Assembly (NCBI GenBank): GCA_965644295.1
Contig: CBFFRP010000216.1
Span: 62,001 to 126,000, forward strand
DNA: 64,000 nt
Direction of reading: 5' to 3'
Source of the DNA: Paraphysomonas bandaiensis
Taxonomy: Eukaryota > Protista > Chrysophyceae
Positions 24,964 through 36,100 of this stretch are shown one piece after another (positions within the stretch are counted from its first letter, which is position 1; each line of letters begins with the position of its first letter). Position numbers and translations under genes: made by a program. The notes under the pieces were generated by a model. It worked only from the letters and a program-made list of their open reading frames with translations. It made no database searches and was not told where the DNA came from.

Positions 24964-26922
24964 ATGATACTCGACTCGATACTTGTGCTCGTGGTAGGAG
25001 GGCTCGTAGTAGAGAGTGTATCAGATAGTAACTTCAGGCGAGATTTCTACTTGAATGAATCCTTATATCCTGAGGGTACATCTCACACGTCTCTAATAGT
25101 ATGTCTAACGTTGATTAATTGGACAGGTACTTGGGCGCCTATTCCCAAAGAAGGGGGGCGAATTCAGGTGGTATCGTCTGTGGCCCCTAATATGACCCTC
25201 GCTCAACCACTTAAAGTAGACTTTGGGGGGTTCACTATCACTCTGGACCCGAACATATATCCCGATAATGTCCCTACAAATGGCTTAGATTGGGTACATT
25301 CCCAGTATAATCCTACAACAGGAAGTCTATTTACTTCCCTTCACATTCATGATGATTTGCTTATCCAATCAATATCGAAGCTTGCTGTCACAGATGCCAC
25401 AGGACTAACGGTTATCGATGATAAGCTCACTGTAAATATGGATGAATCAGATATTCAAGTGACATATGTGACCACCCGCAACTATTATCGGGAGTTAGTT
25501 ATACACTTGCATAACTATGGGATAAATGAGCAGGAAGTCAACAAGGTTGTAGTCAATGGCGTGATAGATATCGACCCTTTCACTCTTCGGGACGGAGAAC
25601 ATGTAGTTAAGATTGTGGATAGTACCATGCTTGATTTTAAAGAGACTGATGTGTGGACGGTAGTAGTGTACTGGGATAATGAGTCGGCTGGATATGGTGG
25701 AAGACTTAACAAGGAGCTGTTTCCGATTGAGGATTGGCCAAAGTCTTCCCAGTGCCCTTTTCCTGTGGAAGGCGCTAATAAAGATAATTTCAAGATCCTG
25801 CGAGAGGAGCTCTCTATTAACACCCACTTTTTAGGTGGTGATTGTGATGCAGATGATGGTGACATTATGCGGGCAGCAGCGAACTCTAAGGGTGAATGGT
25901 TCGTCCTTCCTGAATTTGACCACTGGAAAGATGGAGAAGTTCCGGATGATGCTTATGATGGTATAGCTGCGGCTTTTCTAGGAGATGAATCCGACTCGTC
26001 CCTGGAAAGCAGTTGGTAGGCGTGAAAACTGTAGTATTTGCTTTAAAACATATAGTAAGATGATATTAACAGGGAGGTGTGGAGTCGTGCTCTGACAGTT
26101 CAGCAAATTACTAAAGACAAGTACGCAGTTTATGATGGAGGTCACTCGAACCACCTCAATGGAGCGTTTTCTGGGGTAGCAGATATCCAGGGGATGGATT
26201 TTTATGTTGCGTGCTGTGCTCCTCATATTACTACTTGGGGATCTACTATGAGAATACAAGGGGCCTACGACTACTTACGAACGGCTCGGGATAACCACAA
26301 GCCACTCACCACTTGGTTGTACTCCCAAGGGTGGTGTGAAGATTGTTGGCATGTGAAGGATCAGAATTCAGGAGAACTGTTGGTTCAACTAGGCTCCGTG
26401 GTTGCTGCAGGTGGTAAAGGGTTAATGCTATTCCAGTCAGATGTGCGACTGAGTGATGGAGGGTCGTGGAGTGCGGGAGGAAAATTTCTCAAATCTGTCA
26501 GCTTAATTAAAGAGTTTTTAAGGCAAGCTGATCCTGAAGGGGCCCGTTATTCATCGTCCTCAGATCATGCCATCACGGAGGTATTAGGTGGGCCAACAAG
26601 TCTTTTGATTATTGCAATTAGCACCCGGGCCTCGGGTTATAACGATAAGACCTGTGCTGTAACTGGTCAGCATTGGACATTTGAGGAAGAAGTCATTTCG
26701 TCGATAGATATTGAAATTCCTTCTTATCTTGAACATATAGCCACTGATGCGGGAAAATCGGTATCTGAATTCTATTTCATGGTGGAAGTAAAGAATGGAG
26801 AATACAATGATGATCCTTCGGATGTCAAGCTCGCCCTTAACGACGATGAATGGAGCATTTCTAACCTGAAACTGGGAACAGCGGGATCTGTGGTGAGAAT
26901 GTTCATGCTTTTGCCGAAGTAG
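24964..26922 (+). CDS. Secreted hypothetical protein, possibly carbohydrate-active (beta-sandwich plus TIM-barrel-like)
   Basis: Hydrophobic N-terminus. Two long ORFs joined by an intron near 26016-26072, with a probable in-frame intron near 25076-25126. Confidence 0.7.
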
Positions 26923-28627
26923 AAGCTCTGCGGGATACAAGTTACTCACTACTGCTTACCAGTCGTGTGTTACGTCGTGTTTTGTCATACATTGTGGCTA
27001 TCCGGTGCAAGTGAAGTATCTATTTCTACCTATCGCCACTTATGCAGAACACAACTTGATTGTAGGGGGCGTCTACAATTATTGAGAGAGTTGCCAGTAT
27101 TATGCTTGCTCCACGAGTATAATATGATTTGTTGTGATCTAACTTTCCTGATATAACCATATGACTACTTCACTGATACCATAACCGTTATAATGTTTAC
27201 AGTGGAATGTACCACGAATACCAATTTCACGTTGTCCAACATCTTCACTTGTATAACTCGTACTTTGTGTGGATGATGACTATTTCTTTAACTGATTATT
27301 TAAGTACTAGTCTGAGGAATTTACTTGTCTAATTTTCGAAAAGGCTACCTCTTTAAGTCACAAGAAATTTTACCCCATTCTAATTGAATTCTATAGTATG
27401 CAGAAGAGTTGGTAGGCTTGCGTTTGGATTGCCAATTAAATTAATTGGTATTAATAGTGGTTGTTGCCAATTAATTACAATTTATTGGCAGGCTAAATTA
27501 GAGCATCTTAAGATGTATAGCTACTGATAATAGGTACAAACCCATTATCAGTAGAAGTTTGGATGTAGGTGCGCAGTCATGTTATCATTTTATTAATCAT
27601 AATTGTGTGACAGTCAGTATAAGGGTCACTAATAGTATACACTGTAACCTCAGCACGCGAGAGAGTAATATAGCATGTCAAAGATCGTTGACAAAGAACA
27701 AACAACGATCGTCTAGATACATAGCATATATGAGATGATTTCAGTATTCAACTGCTTCAAAATATTTAAGTATAGTAGTGCAAATGACGTTATAAGTGTA
27801 CCAGTATCAGAGGAAGAGAAGTATGTGTGTGTGCAAGATTCACTCATACAGAGAAACCGTAGTGTGTGTGTACAACAATATCATAGACTTATTAGATTTA
27901 TCTGCTACTCTTTATCTGCTACATTTGTTTTTTGCTTCATGCATTATATATATCTATTTCGAGAAGATAGAAGATTACGTATTTTCATTGGTGTTTCAAC
28001 AGAAAGTGAACAGTAGAAGACTATATGTCTCTATCTCGTCATCAGTTTGCAAAATACCAAAACTTTTTCAGTTTTCAACTAATGTTTATGAAACTACATC
28101 ATTCACAATTCACACAGTACACACTACTTACATTGAAATTCATTATATTGTTTTTTCTTTGTGTTAGCTCCCCAGACTGTGATTATTTATTCAGTCGTAT
28201 ACAGCATTTGACCTTTTACAGAAAGGTAACGAACTCAGACATTCACGCCTTGAACACATCCTAGATATTAATATTGCTGATTATAATATACTCACTATAT
28301 TTTAATAAATATTTACACTATATCAAACCAAATATAGTGGGGTATATTGACCCCCTAAAATTACATAGAAACTACTGCAGAAAAGCAGCTGTCATAGCTG
28401 AAGTAGAAAACGGAGGCAGGACCCAGAGCGAAAATACCTAACAAAGCTTTTGAGTCCCCAGTTAAAAAGCCTATGCTAATTAGTGTAGCGTGGTAACTGG
28501 TACCATTGTAATTGTTCCATTAGAAGTAACATATAATTTTTCTGTATGCAGCGAGTGTATCATTCCAGTCATATCATACTCATACTGGCCTGTATGTGAT
28601 ATCATCTTAGCAAGGTAGCAACTATAA

Positions 28628-28716
28628 CCCTCAACAAAGTCGGACTCGCACCTTTTCGTGGTGTTCTGGGGGATAAGTACCGGAGAGATTCTCTCTGGGA
28701 AACTAACGTGAGCCGC
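28628..28716 (+). ncRNA. Putative HDV-like (Pr77-type) self-cleaving ribozyme
   Basis: Nested pseudoknot order P1-P2-P3-L3-P3'-P1'-P4-CTAA-P2' can be drawn by hand; P1 is imperfect. Confidence 0.6.
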
Positions 28717-29695
28717 AAACATAGTCAGCAGATATTGTTCTGCCCACTCATAGCCAAATGCTTGTGTGGTACAAGGGACACTAATAAGTGTCACTTGTGT
28801 AGACGTCTTTGGGCCCTGACAAATAAACAGGCATCCGGGAATGGGCCCACCTCAAGGGCATCCGGGACAGGGCCCACCAGAAGGGTAACCGGGGTATTGG
28901 GCTGCCTGCTGAAGTTAAGCATCCGGGATGTTCACCTTAAGAACTCAAAACACCTGATGCATGGCAATGGCAATGATGTGATTAGACCTGTCATGTCTTC
29001 TCACACGTCTACTGCCTAGTCTTGGTTTCTCCTGACCCAGGTCATTGAGATTATATCAAGGCTCTGGCACTGTTCTCCAAGCAGTGTCAGGTACATTTGT
29101 GGTGCTTTTATGTTATTCTTGCTTAGTAGGTTTTCATCCGAGCGGGGAAGGTGCACGGTTTCCTACTAGTGTAAGTCACTCGGGAGAAGAGTGCAAGGTG
29201 GATGCATGTTCTGGACGAGTGCACACAATGGAGGGAAGACATTGGAGTCAGCTTGAATTTGTAACAGATTTTGGTAGATGTCTGTTTCATGCGTCAGTGT
29301 GCAAAATTGCACCAGTAAGACCGCTTCATGACCGTGGGAGGACCCGGCGCTAGAGCTACTCTACTCTCCCTTCCAGACTACCTGCTGCTGTGAACACCAC
29401 CTTTAAGAGGGCCCTAAAGATCTGCCACATATACAGGAGACATATGCCGAAGACACCGACCGCAAGTTGTTTGTGTTAGGACAAGTAGATTGGGCAGGAG
29501 CGTATGATCCGGCTTAAACACGCAACTCGTCGTATGCCCATGTAGCTAACTAAATCGTGTTGTATAGTTGAGCACTTGTCGGTGCATGCAATAGTAACTA
29601 GATGAGAGTCATGTTATGCATAGTGTCGCGCGAGTTGTTAGGTTGGTCGCGGCAACGCACAAGCTTGCGCTTCTTAATAATCAGATTTTCAATTT
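28628..29695 (+). mobile_element. Non-autonomous non-LTR retroposon, copy 2 (best preserved)
   Basis: 10-bp TSD gcaactataa at 28618-28627 and 29696-29705. Begins CCCTC. CCHC remnant HVLDECTQWRE at about 29205-29237. Confidence 0.8.
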
Positions 29696-30235
29696 GCAAC
29701 TATAATATACCTTTTGGTACTCCGGGGGGAGTATAAATTAATTATCTCCAGAAGTCAATGATAGAGCGACATCAGGAGTTGGTATTTTTCCTCGAGTCAT
29801 TGAGAGGCCTATGAAATGCTAAAAGTGTCAGGAGTGCAAATTTAACCATTAGTGATGACATTGGCAGTATTGCTGCAATGTAGCTATCACAATTTGGATT
29901 TATCAAGCTAGTTTGGTGCTAAGTCCGTTAGTGATGTCGCTCAGATCGAATGATATTATTAAAAATAGTAATTGTATAAGAATTTACTACTGCTTCGTTC
30001 GTTGTACTATTGATCGATCAACTTGTGAAATTACACAGAGGGTGACTTCTAAGTTATTTTTTACTGTGATATATGATAGGTTGTCATGTTGCAATAGCAT
30101 ATTGTATAAAATCGACTTTTACAGATATTGCAATACGATCTTGCTGGTACTTCTACTATATATAATTGATACTGATACGGTCGTAAGTTGCTAGTCACTA
30201 CCAAGTATATCTCTGAACTAGGCAGCTGTTAAATA

Positions 30236-30525
30236 CCCTCAACAAAGTCGGACTCGCACCATTTTGAGGTGTTCTGGGAGCTAAAAGTACCAGAATAGCA
30301 TATATAGTCAGCAGATACTGTTCTGCCTACTCATAGCCAAATGCTTGTGTGATACAAGGGGCACCAATAAGTGTCACTTGTGTAGACGTCTTTGGGCCTT
30401 GACGAATAAGCAGGCATCCGGGAATGGGCCCACCTCAAGGGTCAAGAATTCGGACTGTTCACCTTAAAGAGTCAAAATCCCAAAGCCACTGGATGTACAT
30501 GCTCACTGCGTTTGCTTTGAGTGAT
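30236..30525 (+). mobile_element. Retroposon copy 3, 3'-truncated and internally deleted
   Basis: Same 5' end ccctcaacaaagtcggactcgcacc; shares some blocks with copy 1 and others with copy 2. Confidence 0.75.
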
Positions 30526-31552
30526 AGAGCGAAAGTGGTTGCACCTTGGTGCATGTGATGACGCACTGACTCTTAAAAGCCTATTTTGAATACTAATGAG
30601 GCATTCACTACTACACCTGTTCAATATCTAAATCGCTTCATTAATTACTAAACTTTTATTAGAATAACTCGTAGAATATTAATACTTAACTAGGATAATC
30701 ATATGTATATGTGACTGTGAAAGATGAAGTGATCTGACCACAGCATGTGATTGACAAACACGGACCTTCAGGGCGTGACAACACGAAATACTTATAATGC
30801 TGTGGTAGAAGCATGCAAATCGTGTGGACCTTCGTGGAGGGTATTCCGGCACCCCACGTTCAGGTGAAGTACAGTTTTTTTGCGAAGGTGCTTCATATGA
30901 TAACATGACCAGCCCACGCTACCCTCTTACACACATAAACAAATACGCTGGAGTTTGGACTATCATTGCAACCTCCTGACTGAGCTGCAGCAACAAGGGA
31001 TACGTCAGGTACCTCTGTTATGAGGCCAGGGGCAAGGTGATAGGTTTACCATCGAAATGCATATCTATGATGCTATTCCACACTGTTGATACTCCTCACT
31101 GAATGAACATACTGTATATTTTGGTTAAATTCCGTCTGTATTTTGGAGTATTTGGTGCAGATATCCGGATATCTACAACGTGCTGTGCTATAAACCGTTA
31201 ACCTCTAGACCTGTATACTGCAGGAGTTTACTGCTATACGTATCACAAGAATACTGCTGGATTGTTCGATAAATGCGGACAGAATATTCCAAACTTTGGT
31301 CATAAATGTGAAGTTTATTGCACTTCACTTCTCAAGCCCCAAAATATCCAATCAAATACTAAGATCACCTTATGATTGGTTTCGTATGTCTGTGTATTTG
31401 TTGAGTGACATACTGTACTCCATAGTCGATCAGAGTGTGGTGAAGTGTGTCTGTATATTTGCACACTCCATCTGCTCATTATTATACACAACCCACTAGC
31501 AGTCAAGTGATAATACATATTGAAAGTTTACAACGTACCACCACAAGAAATC

Positions 31553-32036
31553 ATGAATAGTTTACACCTCGTTGAAATTCGCCCTTATTTTAATGTCCAA
31601 GACGGCAAGTTGGATGATTTCAAAGCCATATGGGATGAAGCCATTCCTCGTATCAATGAAGAAGGAGGAGTCTGTTACTATTGTTTTACTTACAATGGAA
31701 ATATGGCTACGTGTCGAGAGGCGTACGATAATGCGGATGGGTTGTTGGCTCATATTAATAATACGAAAGAATACATGGACAGAGTAAGTGGAGAGCGTGA
31801 TTCCCACAGTGCCTTATTAGTGTTGTGACAACAGGCCAAGCAAATCTCCGACATAGTAAGGCTGGAAGTAATGGGCCCTGTTGCTGAGGTAATGTACTGT
31901 TTCAGTCTCTGTAGTTTCTGTTGTAACTTTCGTATTAAAGTTGGATAAACTCAAGGAGCCCTTGAAAGATCTGCCAGTAGAGTGGTTTGTTAACCACACG
32001 GTTGGATTTTCTAAGATGGCGAAGCCATCCGTATAG
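31553..32036 (+). CDS. ABM / putative quinol monooxygenase-like dimeric alpha-beta barrel protein (126 aa)
   Basis: Exons 31553-31783, 31835-31888 and 31941-32036 splice in frame. Motifs PYF.V..GKLDDFK, CREAY.NADGLLAH, RLEVMGP. Confidence 0.75.
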
Positions 32037-32818
32037 CCATTGCTCTGTAAGAAACCAGCAAAGGAATGTGGAATATCATTTTTGCCATGAAGCTCAGTTG
32101 TTTTTAATTTTGCGAGTTTATATTGAACTTAGTTATGTACATCTAGTTTTGCGAAACATGCTCGAATTATTTTTGATGGTTGATCATGAAATTAATTTTC
32201 ACTCTCCATTCGTCGCAGCATTAATATAAAGCAACATGTTAATGTACTTTTTTCGTGCTTCAGATAAAAGATAGGTGCACCTCTGATCCAGCGAAATCAC
32301 TTGAACGCATGCGGAGCGACATGTTTCACCAGTGCACTACACTTTTTTACCAAGTAACTCTGACTGTGCAATATATGACTAAATAGTAGCCAACGGCGCC
32401 ATTACAACATATAATAATCTGAAATGACTCTTTTACGGGACCAAACCCCGCAATAAGGAATAAGAGCCATAGGCAAAAGCAATATACAACACAAGTAATA
32501 AAAGGAAATACGAAACATATTTGTTTCTACTAAATTTATCCGACGTTTCTACTAAACTGAAAAGTGACCTTTTTTATCTACTACATTTTGCGGATGTTTC
32601 TATTAAAGTTTATATGGTAGCTAAGCCTACTATATGTTGCAGACATTCCTACTTGTTTAAAATCATCGATTCTATTAAATTTCAATACGGCTCAACTGTC
32701 ACAATTAGTAGGTTTAGAAAATATGTCTATTTTGCGGAAAGCGCCAAAAGAAAGTTATTCATATCAATGTATGCCACAATTTTACCATTAGCACTTTTCC
32801 ATTCCGAGAGCGTAGCCA

Positions 32819-33112
32819 TATTAGAATATGGATCTTATTCTAGTATATTCAGTATGTCACTTCAAGACAATGTACGAGAATACAGTGAAATATAGTGATG
32901 TACAAATGCTGTGATGATATTGAGAAACTGAAATAGTTTGATCGTTCAAGATATGTTCAGTAACGAGAGGTTCGCATATGTAGGATATTATGCAGGGATT
33001 ATAATGAGTTAGTGTTGGTTATCACAACTTCGTGTAAACGATATTAATAAATCTATCTAGTCTTACGACAAATTCTCTCTGTGATCTAGTGTAAAATGAG
33101 CGTTTCTCAACA
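32819..33112 (+). repeat. 5' LTR (294 bp)
   Basis: Identical by eye to 38032-38325. Confidence 0.97.
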
Positions 33113-36100
33113 TGGTAGCGAGCGAGGAGGAGAGAAGGAGGATAGAGGAGTAGTGCCACAGTTTAATGAGAGCAATGTTGAACAATGGATTGAGGACTTC
33201 GAAACATTCCTCATGAGGAAAGAGCAAAGTGAAGTAGCGGTGGAGCCACCACCGAAGGAAAGCGACTTTGGGGAACAGCCACTCACGTTAATGGAGGAAA
33301 AGTCTTACAGACAGGCTGTGAAGAAGTACTGGAAGGCGAATGCCATAGCGTATTCGTACTGCAGAGAGGCAGTGCAAACATCTTCGAAGGCGCTTCAGAA
33401 ATTCCATCTTCTACATAAAGGGTTCAAGGCTGATGGAAAAGGAAGCAACAGGTTTAAGGCGCATATTATGATTGATGAGTTGAAGAAGTGCTTTGCTGGA
33501 GGGAAGCAAAACAAGATCAGTGAACTGTTGACTCAGTATGGCTCTTTCCGTATGCGTCCGGAGGAGACTGCGAAGGACTATATAATACGGTTTGAAATAC
33601 TGCTGAAAGAGCTACAGGAGCAGCAGCAGGACATATCGGAGCTCTCAAAAATAACACGGTTACGAGAAGGTCTGTTGAATGAAGAATATGCTCCTCTGAA
33701 TGTTGCTTTGTATTTGATGCCTGATGATGTTGATTATGCAACATTATCAAGGAAGATAGAACGGTATGATGATACCATTCCTGGAAGGATTGCGTTAGAG
33801 CGGAAACGCAAGAAGGTGGAGGAGCTGAATTTCATTGAAAAGAGCAAACGGTCTCGAACGGAACGGGATAAGCGTAAGAAGGGCAACTGTAGATATTGCA
33901 GGAAAGAAGGAATTCCTCATAGCCATTCAACTGAACAGTGCAGGAGGAAGCAGAGGAAGAAGGATGGAGAGATATCAGGGCAGCGTCCTGGAAGTGCTGA
34001 ATACACGGGATGCAGAAATTGCAAGTCTCTGGAACATCTTGCTGCTGATTGTCCAACGACGAAGAAAAAGCATTCTAGAAGAGGAGAGAAAGGGAAGAAT
34101 CATGGTAGGAAGCCGGACAAAAGGCTACTGACAGTAGAGAATATACGGCGTGGAGAACCAGCAGAATTCTCTGATGAAGATGAAGCAAATATGATCGAGG
34201 ATGTTATGAAATTGTCATGCAATATACATGAAACGAATATATGTAGTGTAAATGATGACATGCATTATACATATATTGACACCTGCTGTTCATCATCAAT
34301 GTTCTTGATGAATGATGTGACCATGCTTGACACTCATATGAATACATCAAAGGTGATAAACGGCTCTAAGAAGGGATCAGAGATTCATATCACAAGTGTG
34401 GGTTCCCGTGGAGCATGGAGAGACATAGAAATTTCAGATCAGATCAATCGATGCCTGTGCTCCGGACGTAAGCTGAACGAAATGGGCTATCGATTCACGG
34501 TGTGGTATGGGATCCAAATTTATGACTGTAATACTGGTGAACTGGTACTGGAGGGACCCATGAAGAATGGAATGACTGCAGTTCCAACTCAGCAGCTGTT
34601 GGAGCTTCCAGATGTGTCTACACCGAGTAATTGTGAAGTAAATCTTAGCGATAGGACTGGTGAGGACGAGCTGGAGTTGCTGCATCGGAGAGCGGGTCAC
34701 TTCAACAAACATGCTTTAGTAGAGGCACATAAGAGGATGCTCATCATGGGTACAGGGTTGAAACGGAAACACCTCACAGCCAAGGTACACAAAAATCAGT
34801 GTTTGTGTGATGTGTGTGCCAGGTCTAAGATAACCCGAGTCAGCTTCCGAACGAAGGACGAGAATTCCGTTAGACCGAATTTTTCAGCAGATATCGCTGT
34901 GTACTTAAATTGTCCTGCTAGAGGAGGTGAGAGGTATGTGTTAAAGATAACGCATCATGCCAGCAAAATGTTCTGGGCGACGGGTTTAGTCCACAGAACT
35001 GGGGAAGCGATCTTAGAAGTCTTCAAAGAGCTATTTAGAGGAGATGTTAGAAGGTACAAGCTCAAGATGGAGCACTATCATGCAGATGGTGCAAGAGAGT
35101 TAATCAGTGAAGAGCTGCGTCAGTATCTTAGGACACAGGAGTGCTATCAACATACGTGGAGCTCAACAGACTCTCCAGAAATGAATGCCATAGAGGAGAG
35201 GAAGTTCAGAACTGCTGGAGAGATGACTCTTGCAATGCTAATCCAATCTGGACTGCCACCGCAATTTTGGCTGGATGCATACATGGCAGCCAGATATATT
35301 TTGATTCGATTGCCAACGAAAACAGATAAAGGGTATATGTCTCCTATAGAGTTTCTAACGGGTGAGCCTCCAAATTTGAGATATCTTAGGGTATGGGGGT
35401 GTCGAACTTATGTTCTTTCACCGAAGGCGGATCGACGAAAGGATTGGGAGGATAAGGCTCTAGTTGGATATTTAATGGGTTACTCTGATGAGAAGGTAGG
35501 ATACCATGTATATCTTCCTGAATCAAACAAGGTGGTGACTACAGTCCATATATTGACTGATGAGTCAACGCCATCACGATCAGAGAAGTATTTCGCAGAG
35601 ATTGATGCTCTTCGAGTGCGGGAGGCCGCTAGACCCAAGCTTGCATCCGACTATGTCAGCTTAGAAGGAACGTATCATATTGATGATGAGGACGGACTTC
35701 TGTACAAGACAACAAGAGTTGTAGAACGTAAGGGTGTGATTGTAGCATACCGTTCACTTGTTACTGCAGGTCGCGAGCATATAGAGCACCGGGTGCCTAT
35801 ACACGTCGAAGACGTGGTGCGTATGACTGCAGAAACCCCCGGGAATACCGGGTACATAGGAAAGGGGGACGCCCTGAGTACTACGCCAGCCAGGGAGCTG
35901 GACCAGGGAAGACCTGGAGGGTTCCAGGAGAGTCCCGACCCAACCTGTCAACAGACAGTCGTGAGGTTGCAGACCTTGACAGACCATGGGTCTGGGGATG
36001 CGAGCGGGGCTCCTCCCACACCGCAAGATTTGCGGGCTCAGGATGAGCAAGGTATGGGTTCGTATATAACTACTAGACGACCTATTGAACTAGATGGTGA

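Noticed and set aside
27420-27554. AT-rich palindromes and a ctactgataat/attatcagtag hairpin
   Set aside because: No TSD or second copy; compatible with chance or a decayed MITE
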